DNA of 64,000 bases. Origin: Ginglymostoma cirratum. Its lineage: Eukaryota. Below are positions 38,248 through 51,087 of the stretch, piece by piece. Each line of letters starts with the position of its first letter. Position 1 is the stretch's first letter. The stretch covers positions 19,957,335 through 20,021,334 of the forward strand of contig JAHRHZ010000031.1 in the NCBI GenBank assembly GCA_024137785.1. The letters are read 5' to 3'. The translations under genes were made by a program, and so were the position numbers. A model generated the notes under the pieces. The model did no database searches. It saw only the letters and a list, made by a program, of their open reading frames with translations, and had not been told where the DNA came from.

Positions 38248-40589
38248 GTAAGTATAATATTTTACAAGGATTTTAATGGGAGTCCAGGTTTTGAGGTTAA
38301 CAATAAAAGTGCCTGCGTTAACTAGTTAATTTTAAATTTTTGTCTCGAGGTAAAATGTCTCAATCTGTAATTTTGCTATGAACACATGTAACCAAGTCCA
38401 ATTACTCTGAAGACAAATGAGAATTGGTAGCTAAGAAGTTATTTGAATTTAAATAACTTCTTATATCTGTGCCGCTGAGCCAAAGGTTCTAATACGGCAG
38501 AAATGCCACCTGTGCCTTTGAAAGTTGTAACGGACTAGCTTTGTAGTTCAATAAGAATACCTTTTGAAATAGAATCATATGATCATTGCTTGCATTGCAA
38601 GTCATCTTATTTTAAGACCTATTGGAAAATAATAATCCTTCAAAGAAATGTTGACCTGTCCTGTAAAGTTGTGAGATTGCCAGCTAACATTTGAGTGTTC
38701 TCTAGTAATGTAATCTAAAAGCATTGCACGTTAAAATGAAGTGTGACAGATTGGGGCCTTTTTTCCTGCCGGCAGGCAAAAAGCTATAGGCAGATTAACT
38801 TGTTCAGTTTTGAGCCAGTATACATCTTTGTAAGCACACTCTAGCTACTGCAGTCAGGATTCTTCATTTTGTTTATATTGAGTATAATCATTGGAAGTGA
38901 AATATTTTTCTAGGTCTTGTTTGGGTTAAGCTCAACTGTGCTGGGACAGCATGAGTTGAATGACACAGCTTCTGCCAATGCATAATGCACTGATACACTA
39001 GGAATGAGTGCCTATCTTTTCGTGATCTTCGGCTACTGAGTGCACGTTTAGCAAAGAATCTATTGTTTGGCATTCAAAACAAGCAGTTGGATGAAATTAA
39101 TTGGTCTTTAGTTCAATGTTTTAAAAGAAACTCTTGTCTTTACCATGTTGGAAAATAGCTGGAATTGGAGAGATTGGAAATGGAAGAAAATTGATTCAAA
39201 TTTAAGAACTATTCTGTTGGTATAGTGGATTGATGTGTTTGGTGTGCAGTTATCAGAGTAATGAAGGACCTATCCTGACCATGGAATCAACAGCCTTTGT
39301 AAGATGATGGAAAAGAAGATTGCGTGGTTCATGTGCAGCATCTATTCAAGGGCAAAAAAGCAGACATAAATATCTTACCTGCCCTCTTAGACTAGGGATA
39401 AAATTTATATAATGATGAATAAGTGCTAATGACATGGCTGCAGTGAATCTAAAATGTCCCAACAGTGATGTTTCATTGCTCACTGCAAATTGAAGAACAT
39501 TAGGGACCATTTTAAAAAGTGTCTTTGGCATTGGCAAAAGCCCACCACTTGACAGGATGGACTGACCAAGCTGCAGCTGTTCTCCTGCCTAAATGAGACT
39601 TCAATTCCACACATTTCTGACAATGTTCCTGGGTTTGATATACAATGAAATCACTATCATGTCTGCTTTTCCATTTGATCTGGAATCTTAAAAAGCAAAA
39701 CCTTGTGGATGCGTAATCTTGCTCTTCTTTATTAGAAAGAAGGTTCTAGAAATCAGTGAAGAGATTTTTAACAGTGGAGGGGATGGGAGTGCAGGTCATG
39801 TTCAAATCAACAATTAAACATCCTCTTCTGAACTCTTGTTGTAGCACAATTGAAATATTTCTGCACAAGAAATGACTGCCATGCCAACCAGCAGTCATTA
39901 GCGAATTAGCTCCAAAAGTAAGCCATTTTGGGCTGTTAAACAAGCACTAAGTGTTAATTGTTTCTTAATATAAGAAATATGCACAGTATTTGACATGGAA
40001 GTTGCAGAGTTGCTCATCACTGATCTTTTTGTGCTTGAAAAGTTATCGGTGCTGTTATTTAAAAGCCTAATTTTGTACCATTATCGAAAACACAGTCTTT
40101 GCTTCTCAGCCTTGGTATTACTGTATGTTGCATTTTTTTGTTGTACATGAATCTAATGATGGTTGTATATATGTGTGTTTTTACATGTCCGGAGAAATGC
40201 AATCAGCACCAACTGGGCCTGACCAATAAGCCTCTCTCTCGACTTCCTCTGACAGTCAGAAAACATGGTTCATTGGTCGACACCAAGGCCCGCCATTGCT
40301 GTTGCATTGTTTCATGGGTAGGTAACTTTTGCTAAACTCGGGTGTTATGTGACATTTTCTCGTGCAATTGCTTCTTCCCTGCTTATTTGGCTTTCTTCAT
40401 GTTGTAACATTTTAATTTATTTAATATTGTTTACCAATAGTACATACTGGACCTATTGGGATGATACCGCATCAGCAAGTAGACTGCATTTCATTGACTG
40501 TCTCTTTGTGCAAATTTTGAGTTCAGTGTAATGTCGTGTAAAGGAGCAGATGGAATATTTGGTTGATAATGCAATGTTTAAAATTGGTT

Positions 40590-40970
40590 TGGTTTTAACA
40601 TTTTGAAGTTCTGTTCACCCATGACCCTTGCACTTGTTGGTCTACATTGGCTTACAGTCCAGCAATGTCTCAATTTTAAAATTCTCAATCTTATGTTCAA
40701 ATTGGATTGTGGCCTCTCCTCTCCAGCTCTGCAGTCTTTTAATACGTGATTTCTTGTAGTTTCTCTCTCTCTCACTTCACTCAACCATTATGAGCACTAA
40801 GCTCTGGATTTACGTCCATCCCTCCATCAAGATGCTCCTTCAAACCTACCTCTGACCAAATATTTTATTATCTGTCCCAATTTCTCCCCTTTTGTCAGGG
40901 TTAGATTTTGTCTGGCACCCCCTTGAAGTGTTTTGGGATGTTTGGCCATGCATTGTTGAAGGTGTTAAGT
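40590..40970 (+). mobile_element. L2 LINE 3' fragment
   Basis: ctacattggcttacagtccagcaatgtctcaattttaaaattctc (LHWL.V...FKI motif of the L2 ORF2 end). Confidence 0.6.
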
Positions 40971-43550
40971 AGAATATCTCTTTCAATGTTAACTGTACTT
41001 CCTCAGGCTTCACCGATGCACAAGTGCAGCTGAACCGCATAAACCTAAACAATTGTTATCGTGATGACTGCTTCCTCTTGCTTATCCCAATTTTGTTTCC
41101 TAAAGGAGCTATAGAATTACAATGATAGATATTTCTCTGTATTAGTAACCAGCAAATTAAATTGTTGCTTCATGGTCATGGACTATGTCATACCACACTG
41201 AACATTTTGATTTCAAATTGACTTTTTTTTGGAAAATCTTAAATCACAGTCATGTCTTGTAAATTTGGATATTGAAAACAAATGCCAAATTTTTTTGTAT
41301 ATCTTTTCAAAATATGCAGTCTAAATTTTGGATAGTTCGACCATGAGGAATTCAATCAGAATGAAGGGGGCAGGGTAATGTAGTATGATCCATCATTTAA
41401 AATGCTGCCTTATATTGGATGGTTATGAAACTGTACATTGTTACTCCAATATTTGAGGAGACTTCTGAGTGTACTTGCAGTGTTGCAAATATTCCAATCC
41501 CACTATAAAGAATCCTTATCGTGGCTTAAGTGCTCCTGAACTTGTTAGAAGTTCTACCTTTCTGTGCGTTGGTTGAAGAATACAGCCCCAAAGCCTGCAA
41601 TCCTGATTAGCAAGAATGGATTTTGCGCTCCAACCGACGGTCCCAATTTATGATATGCTGGTTATTTTCTGAGCTGCTTCATGTAATTGTACAGATTTTT
41701 TAAAAGGATGGTTCTCAATCCCTGAACTATTTATCCACAGCTATAAACTGTGGATATAGCTTTTTCCACCCTGTCCTCTCCAAAATTTTCTTAACGCTGC
41801 CATCATAAAGTTTGTCCTTAGTGATTGTGTTAACTGATGGAGTAGACAAAATTTATTCCCACTCATCGAAATTTAGAACCTTGATAGTAGTCCAAAAAAT
41901 ACAGCTACAGCTACACCTTTCAGGAATGAAATTGGTAAACATCAGTAAATACCAACGTTCGGTGTTCTCCTTTGCAAACAGCAATTGATGGATGATCAAT
42001 CATAAATTTAAACCTTGAGATTGATTATATTCTATTTATCAGAAGGTATTAAGGAATAGGGAGCCAAGATGGATATTATTTCATGATCTTATTAAATGGG
42101 AAAATAGGCTGGAGGAACTGAACAGCATGTTTCTGTTCCACCTTGCTGTTCAGCATTTTTCCATTGTGATGAAAAGCAAAGTGATGATGTGGGCACGCTC
42201 CTGTAAAGTATGCGCACAACAGATTTTCAAACCTGCTCACTCTGTACATCACAGCATAATTTATGGGCTGGAATTGCAGGTTTCCGTTATCAACCAAGCA
42301 GTCATTAAGTTCAGAACTGATTGACTTTGACTTTGTAAGTGGGTGGTTACTGTCCTGAGACATAGGTGACAGACAGATGTGTTTTTGCCTGGTCTTTGGC
42401 TAGCTGCTACACACGTTCTGTATTCTAAAACACCCAGCTGGAACAAAAAGAATCTGCTTTAGCTTGATTGCATGGAGCGTACTAATTAATATTTGTAATG
42501 GCCTTTTGAGTGGCCCTAGGAACCTATAGTGTTTTCATGTTAAATGATAGAGTAGCATAACTCTACATATGAAGAAATCTTTCATCCGTTAATACCATAA
42601 TCAAGGGAAAATCTAGTTAAGTCCATGCATGAACTCATTATGGTTATGTTTTTATAAATTAAGTTTTTCAATTTTGATGTTTAAGCTTACACTTAGCTTG
42701 AGTGAAGAGCCAATTGCTATTAGATGTATGATTTTCTGATACCTTAGACTTTTGGACTATTTTGGTGTGTGTTATGGTATGGATTCTCATTGGTTACATA
42801 TGGTGTGACCAGCTACAGAATAAAGCTGTTTCTCCCCGCTGCCTCACCCACCCAGAAGAAATGACATACCAGCCATCACTGATGTACTTTTCAACTGATG
42901 CTTGGTTTCCAGGACACTAGGTTATGCTGCTATCATAAGAGAAGCTAAATATTGCTACACAGTTGAGAATGGTTCAAATAAGCACGTTTCCTGAAATTTA
43001 ATCTAAATGTGCACATAAGTGACTTGTAAAATGGCTTCAGACACAATTGGAATTGGAGAAAATGTCTAAACTAATCATGTGGGTTTTTACAGCCAGGAAA
43101 GGGAGGAAATATCCATCCTGTGACTCAATTTATTTTAATCCCAAGATCCTTTGCCCTGGTCCCCAACCACTTATTTCGTTTTACTTGGAATGTGGTTTTG
43201 TCGCATATGTCGTCAATATGCCATTGAAAAACTTCAGAGTCTGGTATTCAAAATTAGCCCAACTAAAATAAATTGGAATGTGCAGTGGGATCTATTTTGT
43301 AATATCAGAGGATGGGTTGATGCAGGTTTGAATTTATTTCCCTGCTGTTCACTTTCTGCTATGACGACAGAGTAAGTAAGATCTTTAAGCAGGTTGCCTT
43401 CCTGATGACCGGAGAGTAGGACCGTTTTTTTAAAAAAGATCTTTCTGCTTCACGAGAGAATAACACTGTTTTTGAAATCCAGATCAAATTAAGCAACAGG
43501 GAATTGACTTTGGTACAATTACAACTTGTTGTTTGGTTTTTGTTTTGCAG

Positions 43551-43645
43551 ATGATTTGTTCAAAGTGCATAAACTGAAGCCCATTATGAAATGGCGGCAG
43601 GCATTTGAAAATTACTTGAAGACAATGCCTCCCTATTATATCGGG
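43551..43645 (+). CDS. INTS6L: INTS6L-like exon 10
   Basis: ttttgcag|AT acceptor; 95 nt encoding (D)DLFKVHKLKPIMKWRQAFENYLKTMPPYYIG; donor GGG|gtatgc. Confidence 0.95.
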
Positions 43646-46074
43646 GTATGCTTCATTTGATATTTTGCAAGTTATGTCTAGTGTCATTTGAGATATGTGA
43701 TGTATCAATTTTAGGCTTTAGATTTCAAAATAATGGCATATGGGTGTCGGGTTACTTTTCTTAATGGGTGAGACAATCCTTTCAGAACAGGGACCTAATT
43801 TGCAATGTGTCAGCACGTGGAACCCCTGAGTTTTAATGCAGTTTTTTTTCTGTGGTGCTTTATTGCTGGTGGAGTAAACATTGAGCACCATATGGCGTTG
43901 AATATCGGTTCAGAAAACCTAGAGCTTGAAATTTTTTAGGACTGTTGGAGGGTTCTGAACTGAGTTCAGAGTGTATGCTATCTCCAAAAACGAGTGATTT
44001 TTTTTTCAGTGCAGTCTAGGGAATGTGACCTCAATAGAAAAGTTTTTAGTTTGTGCAGCTTCTAGACCAGGAGTGTTTGCTTAGAAATCTGCAGGTTATC
44101 AGAAGCTGAGAAGGTTCAAGCTCTGATTTGAGAGTATTTATTGTAAGAAACCTCCCCAATTCAGAGGATAGAAACGGGAGAATTAGTCCAATACAACTTC
44201 AAAATTTGATAGAGAGGGATAATCTCTGAATTTGAGTTACAGTGAAGTGACGGTGCTGAGGAATAGGTTGAAACTTTGTTTTGCGAGACGTTTTAATATT
44301 TTTCTGACGGTGTTCTATATCTAAGTAACTATTTTGTTTTCATCTTCTGTCTAATAAACTTGCATTGTGCTGTTCAAAGAAACTGCTGCCTCATGTGACA
44401 GTCACTGAAAACTATGTTAGCAGGAATAAAACAAAAATCTTTCAACTAGATTGCATTCTGGAATCGTACTTGTTCAGTAGTACCATCAGCTGGGATCTTA
44501 ACAGGTATTTAGATTCACTGCTCAAAATGAGGTACTTTGTCTGCAGTCAGTTAATATTTCACACGGTTAAAAGAATTAACTTTTAAAAGTTACAAGTCTT
44601 CTAATTGTACCTTAGCCTCATGTTGGAGAAAGCAGGAGAGAAAGCTTGTAATTTGCTATTGCTGAATGTTAATGCATAGAGGTGTTCAGTTGTGGATTTT
44701 AGCTGTACCAATAGCTCTATCATGCTGTTCTATCAAGTAGCGGGGCAAACACAGAAGAACTGTCTTAAAATTCAAAGTGATATTGACTTCTTTCTGTCTG
44801 TCGTTCATGGCATCAAGGGATTAAACATTAACTTCACTCTCAAATCATGTCCTAACTTAACTCAATTTAGTTTCCACAGGAGTGGAAATTTGAAACCTTG
44901 AAACCTTAAAAGGAACATTGGAAATGCTCAAAGTACTCAGCAGTTTATGACAGCATCTGTGAAGAGGGCAAGAACCAATATTTCAGCAGCTGAAAGCTCA
45001 CAAATCTGAAATGTTGGTTGTTTCTCTCCGCAGATTTACAGATCATTTCAGTTAGGTGCACTGTGTTGTATGAACAGGGTAATTATGTCCAAATTAAGTT
45101 CAGGTCAGTCATTGATCTTAATCCAACATTTCACAGACCTTCATTGATGAGTACGCTTAGTCATATTGGATTCAGTTAATTAGAGTAGCTGTTGACCTCT
45201 GTTTTCATTCCTATCCATGGAAAGGGGATTAGTATTGTCAGTATTTGGGGAACTTTGAAATACAAACTCAGATCTATCAATAACTCATTTCAGAGAATTA
45301 CGGTAATCAACCAAATCTACATTTCATATTGCATTATTAGACCATAATCTAATGAAGTGTAAATTCTGCCATATTGCATTCACCATTGTGAATAAATTCT
45401 TTGCTTTGTCCTTTAGCAAATTTCAGTGAAACTAAGCATTGCATAAATGCAGTTTCGGTATTTTGGTTTCAAGTTAGCATTGCGGTATCAATGCCTAAAG
45501 CTTAGAATAAAAGGTCAAAAAGCTGCCTCTTAGTGATGTGCTGAAATCTACCAAGACACCTTGAAGGTCATTGTAAGCTGTAACTCTGTTTTATTCCTTG
45601 CTCCCCTTGTCCTGTTGTTTCTAGTACTGTTTCACATTCAACATCTCTCTGTTCTGAGGGATTTTATGCCAAGGTATTGACTGATTCATGTTTTCTTGAT
45701 TAGATGCTACTTGCTCTGAGTGCTTCCAGTCCTTTTGTTTTGGCTAGATATTCTTAATACTTCTGCCAAAGACTACATTTTTACAGTGTAGTTACAGGTG
45801 TAATTGTATTATTTCTAAATTAACTGAGTTTTCAACTTTGGAAATAATTTGAACTAATATTCAGTCCTTCTCTTGCTGGTGCTGGAGATGTTCCCAATTT
45901 TATTTATTCATTCATGGGATATAGGTGTCACTGGCTGGGCAGTGGTGCTGTGTCCAGTGTGTGGAGTCAAAATTGAGGACTTCGAGGGCAGCTCCCTCCC
46001 AAGTGTATGACATTGTGCTGCCACCATTGTTCTCTCAGTGAGATAGGACGTAGCCAACAATGATAACTGTTGTC

Positions 46075-46207
46075 ATGTTCAGAAGTCACACTACACCAGG
46101 TTATAGCCCAAGAGGTTTATTTCAAGTCTCAAGTTTTCAGAGCGCTGCTGCTTCATCAGATGAAGTGACTTTGCCCACTCCAGTCCAACACCAGCATTTC
46201 CGCATCA
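46075..46207. mobile_element. Short non-autonomous PLE-terminus element with hammerhead-like remnant on the minus strand
   Basis: Reverse complement of 46129-46160 is TCTGATGA-A-GCAGCAGCGCTCT-GAAAACTTG; junction palindrome CTTCATC-A-GATGAAG at 46151-46165. Confidence 0.6.
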
Positions 46208-46489
46208 TGGTGTTGTAATGAACATGGATTGTAACGTGTGTGTTTTGGTGTTAGCCCACCATGTTCATAAGCAGGGCTTTTGAGGGTCGACAGACTATGT
46301 ATGCTGCTGTCATTTCAGGTGCCTTTGTCAATGCCAGGTAGTCTGTCCAGTTTCACTGCTTTCTTCAGACTTTGTCGTGTTTGATATAATGAAGTGGCTT
46401 GCTAGGCAACTTGAGAGCAATTAATAGGCAACCACGTTGCTGTGGGTCTAGATTCGCATATAAGCCAGACCAGGTAAAGACGACAGTTT

Positions 46490-46915
46490 CAGTTTTGTGT
46501 CTGACTCATTTATTAGCGTTCGTTGAGGAAATCTCAGTCAGTGTGAATAGAAGGGAACCAGTAGGCGTGTTATATTTGGACTTGCAGAAGATGTTTTGCA
46601 ACGTACACGATAAAAGGTTAAGTCATGAAATAAGAGCCCAGATGTTGGAGCTAGTAAATTGGCTAATGGTCAGGAAACAGTCCCAAGTGGAGGTTAAGGG
46701 TTCGTTTTCAGTTTGGTGACCTGTGAGCAGTGGGGTCCCACAGGGATTAATCCTGGGACTGCAACTGTTCACAATATAAATAAATGATCTGGAGGAAAGA
46801 AGTGAATGTACTGTAGCCATATTCGAGATGACACCAAAATAGGTGAAAAGGTAGATTATGACAGGGATACTAACAGTTTTGTATATAGTTATGGGTAGGT
46901 TAAGTAAATGGGGAA
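46490..46915 (+). mobile_element. CR1 RT fragment
   Basis: LTHLLAFVEE...LYLDLQKMF, GVPQGLILG, INDL. Confidence 0.75.
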
Positions 46916-47090
46916 CAACCCATTTGGTTCTGTCCTCCAGGGAATGAAACTGCCATCCATACCTGGTTTAGCCTACATCTGACTCCAGCCCCACAGCACT
47001 GTGGTTGACTCTTAACTGCTCTCTGGGATGGGCAATAAATGCTGGTTGAGCCAGCAATGCCGTCATCTCATGAAGATTTTAAAAAAAATG
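46916..47090 (+). mobile_element. tRNA-SINE 3' half
   Basis: gactccagccccacagcactgtggttgactcttaactgc...gggcaataaatgctgg...catctcatgaag tail. Confidence 0.7.
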
Positions 47091-47848
47091 CTTTTTAAAA
47101 ATTACCTGGGTCCCTGGATTGTTAGTCTAGCAAGAATACCATTAGGCCACTGCTGCTGCTTATGTTGTCTATTAGAGGGTAGTTTATTGCATCAGAAAGA
47201 CTTCAGTAATTTCTGTTTGCAGGTTAGTCTTTACTGATCTAATACTAATCCAGAATTAAATGAAATCTCCATGCTTCTCTAAAGTAAAAATCAAAGGTGA
47301 TGTTGTTATTATTATTAATATAACTAATTTCATGCTAGTTTGAAAACTAATGTCAATCAGAGGGTTAACTGTATTTACAAAAAATATGGTATCAATTGAT
47401 TTCTTCTCCCAATGCAGTTAAATAAAATATTTGAATTTAAATGTGAAGGGTCGGAATCATTCCATGCTCTAGTGAGAACTGCCTACATTATTTTTAACTG
47501 CTGGAGCCCTTGATGCTGTTAATAACCCACCCAAAGGTTGGTTTTGCCTGAATGCAGCATGTGACATTGTGAGAATTAGAATTCTAGGAACTGTAACTTT
47601 TGATGTGCTCAAGGTCATGAGATACATATAATTTAGAGCTCCCAAAAAATCTTGAGGCATATTTTAAAAAGTGCCCAACCTTTGGTGGAGTGGCATAATA
47701 TAAATACATCTGAAGCATTCTGATCTAATACCAAGTTAATATCAAAACTCCTATGAAATTTATTCCAGTTGCACAAGTGACTAAAAAGACATTATTCATG
47801 AAAAATTGAAGAGTGAATGCGACTTACGAATGCTATTTTTTGGCCCAC

Positions 47849-48181
47849 TGGTTAGCACTGCTGCCTCACAGCACCAGGGACCCAGGTTCGATTCCACCAT
47901 TGTCTCTGGGGAGTTCTGCGCATTATCCTCATGCCTACGTGGGTTTCCTCCGGGTGCTCTGATTTCCTTTCACAGTCCAAAGATGTGCAGATGAGGTGGA
48001 TTGGCCATGCTAAATTACCCATGGTGTCCAGGTGTGTGCAGGTTAGGTGAATCAGCCTAGCAGAATGCAGGGTTACTGAGATAGGGTAGGTGGGATGCCG
48101 TTTGGACGGTCCATGTGGACTCAATGGGCTGAATAGCCTGTTTCCACACTGTAGGGATTCTGTGATTCTACGATGATTCTA
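47849..48181 (+). mobile_element. HE1-type (V-domain) shark SINE, near full length
   Basis: ggttagcactgctgcctcacagc head, B box GGTTCGATTCC, gtgggtttcctccgggtgctc core, (gattct)n tail. Confidence 0.88.
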
Positions 48182-49984
48182 GGGAAAAGTTATGGGGAGT
48201 CAAGATGAGGTGGTGAAAAGTAGCTGTCATGGTACTATGGCATAATGTGTGTTGTATTAGGTGTCAACAATGTTTGTCTTATTTGTGGTTTAAACAATGG
48301 TGAATGAAATATGTGTGCAGTGCAAATACTTTGCTGGCATAAGAAACACCAATGTGTTCATCCTAGAAGTGAACAGGTTCCCACAAACAACAATCTTGAT
48401 AATCTGATGTAACAACATGAGCAAGGACATGAGAGAACATGCCTGCTTCTCGGAGAAGAGTGCAGCCGTGAGATTCTGTTCACTCAAAAGTGCAGATGAG
48501 GCCTCTGAGCTAAACTGTAGCCTACTGCACCCATTCATTGAAGTGTCAGCTTGATTTTTGAGTTCAAGTCTCTGAAGCTGTATTTCTTGAACATTTTACC
48601 ACTGACCCCTATTTCAAATTTGAGATTTGTTGAAGCTCCTCAGTGAGAACTGAATTTTGGTTAGGGGCTTGTAGCTGTGAGGGCAGAGGCTTATTAGAAA
48701 TGAAACACAGCTTTTATAACTTGGTTCGAAATCCAAGGCAGTCTTTACTCTCTTGCCATTCAGGACCCTAAAATTTCAGTTCATGACCCCACTTGGGGAT
48801 CTGACCCCGACATTTGGAGGCCCTGCTCAAGAATGAGACATGGAATCACAACTTTCTGTCACTGAAGTGCACATTTTTGGATTTTCACATTCACGTATCT
48901 CTCGCAATTCCTTTTCATGAGTCAAAAGGATGTTTTGTGTTTACTTAATGTTGAAGGTTATGAAACCCTCATTTAATTTTTAGTTCTAAAATTATGTTCA
49001 CAGGTTGTGTTTTATGTACCAGATGAGTAAATTCCACCATACTGGGAATGTTGAGAAATCGGCGCATATGCTTACTTGAGACCATTTACTGTCTTCTGGA
49101 ACTAGCAAATAAAAGTTAACCTTCTCGGTGCATCTTAGATTTGAATAGTTAAACTTCTGTTAGGTGTCTACTTTGCAAACTATAGTTTTCATCCTTGGGT
49201 GCAGTTATCATTTGCAGGTATTGAACATTGAAAAAAAAAATCCTGGATAGTTGTCAGTAAAACATTTTTCTTGTTCCATGAGAGAAGAAACCAGGACGTG
49301 AAACTTGGCAATCTGTGTTCCAGCAAGAATTTCTTCCAGGTACTTCAAAATACTTCTCAACTTGGACTGAAAGTTGGATTTCAGAAATTCCTGTTGTCTG
49401 TCACTTTGCAAGCTGGTGCACAAAAATGCAACCTTTTTCCAACATCTGTTTTAAAGTGGGCTACTTATGGAACTTGTAATGAACCTGTCCTGAGCTGCCA
49501 CGTGCAAGTTAAACATTACCCTCAAATCATTCACTTCTGTGCAGTTTGGAAGCAGTCTTTTGAAACTGCTGTTTTTGAGTTAATCAAGAATTGTGACAAA
49601 GGAGCAAGCAGATTGGAGTCAATTTTGCAGTGCAGTTAATACAAGAGTAATTGTAGTTTGCTTGTGACCACAGGGAATACTGACAAGAACTAACTTTTGC
49701 ACTGAATCAAAGGTCATAAAGCTGATTTAACAGTGGCACCAATCCTGGTTTAATGGTGATGTTGTGACAGTGTCCATAAAGCAGCATTCATCGATAGATA
49801 ACATGTTAAGTGGTGATCTATCTTATTGTTCTTTTGTGGGATCATGCTGTATATGAAGGAGTAATTCCATTTATCTCTACTAGGCTTTATGAAGCATTCT
49901 ATGAAGTGATATGTGGTGCTCAAAAACAGAGGTTGCTGGATGTAACTGTGGGAGCCGTTGGGTGGGGGGTAATTTGGAAATCAA

Positions 49985-50115
49985 AGATAACAGGTACTGC
50001 AGATGCTGGAGAATCCGAGATAACAAGATGTGGAGCTGGATGAACACAGCAGCCCAAGCAACATCATAGGAGCAAGAAAGCTTGACATTTCAGGCCTAGA
50101 CCCTTCATCAGAAAT
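49985..50115 (-). mobile_element. About 130-bp solo terminus of the young PLE family
   Basis: Reverse complement matches 20292-20421 and starts at ATTT-CTGATGA. Confidence 0.88.
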
Positions 50116-50523
50116 CAAGTTTCTTTTCACTCCTGGATGGTTGCCTTAAAGTGACGTGGAGCAGAAACCCACCATGGTCAGCATATGCTGAATCTGAACG
50201 TTTTCTTTGAGCATGTCTGGTTAGATATTTGGATAACACTGGAAATTTGATCCACATGAGACTGATAATGCGTGGTGGGTAGATCAGGCTGCATCATAAA
50301 CTATCTCTTGAACTCTTCCATTTTGACTTTGCAGTTATTATACTACAGCAGCTAAACTGTACAGCTCTATTAAATATGGCAACTCATGATGGTGTCCATA
50401 TCAGCATGATGTTGGAGGCTGGATTTTTTGCTGATTAGGACCTTTGCTGAATTCATATTGTGTAAAAATGTTACTGTAAATTACATTAAAGTATTTTTCT
50501 TAAACCAGGTAGAGATTTTCAAA

Positions 50524-51087
50524 ATAACAAGGTGTGGAGCTGGATGAACGCAGCAGGCCAAGCAGCATCATAGGAGCAGGAAAGCTTGACGTTTCAGGCC
50601 TAGACCCTTCATCAGAAATGGGGGAGGGGAAGAGGGTTCTGAAATAAATAGGGAGAGAGGGGGAGGCGGATAGAGGATGGATAGAGGAGAGGATAGGTGG
50701 AGAGGAGGCAGACAAGTCAAAGGGGCGGGGATGGAGCCAGTAAAGGTGAGTGTAGGTGGGGGGGTAGGGAGGAGATAGGTCAGTCAAGGGAGGACGGACA
50801 GGTCAAGGGGGCGGGATGATGTTAGTAGATAGGAGATGGGGGTGGGGCTTGAGGTGAGAGGAAGGACAGGTTAGGGAGGTGGAGATGAGCTGGGCTGGTT
50901 TTGGGATGCGGTTGGGGGAGGGGCGATTTTGAAGCTTGTGAAATCCACATTGATGCCATTGGGCTGCAGGGTTCCCAGGCTGAATATGATTTGCTGTTCC
51001 TGCAGCCTTCGGGTGGCATCACTGTGGCATTGCAGGAGGCCCAGGATGGACATGTCGTCTGAGGAATGGGAGGGGGAGTTGAAATGT
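50524..51087 (-). mobile_element. 5'-truncated PLE copy (end of GIY-YIG domain plus 3' terminus)
   Basis: HFNSPSHSSDDMSILGLLQC...LQPNGINVDF; highly similar to 62875-63436; hammerhead-like motif at 50584-50619. Confidence 0.92.

Noticed and set aside
41731-41756. TTATCCACA (DnaA-box-like) in a 9-bp inverted repeat
   Set aside because: Eukaryotic intron context with no bacterial features; a short hairpin expected by chance
47849-47900. tRNA-like A/B boxes (also 2560-2640, 30070-30145, 59615-59700)
   Set aside because: SINE heads rather than tRNA genes; no complete cloverleaf
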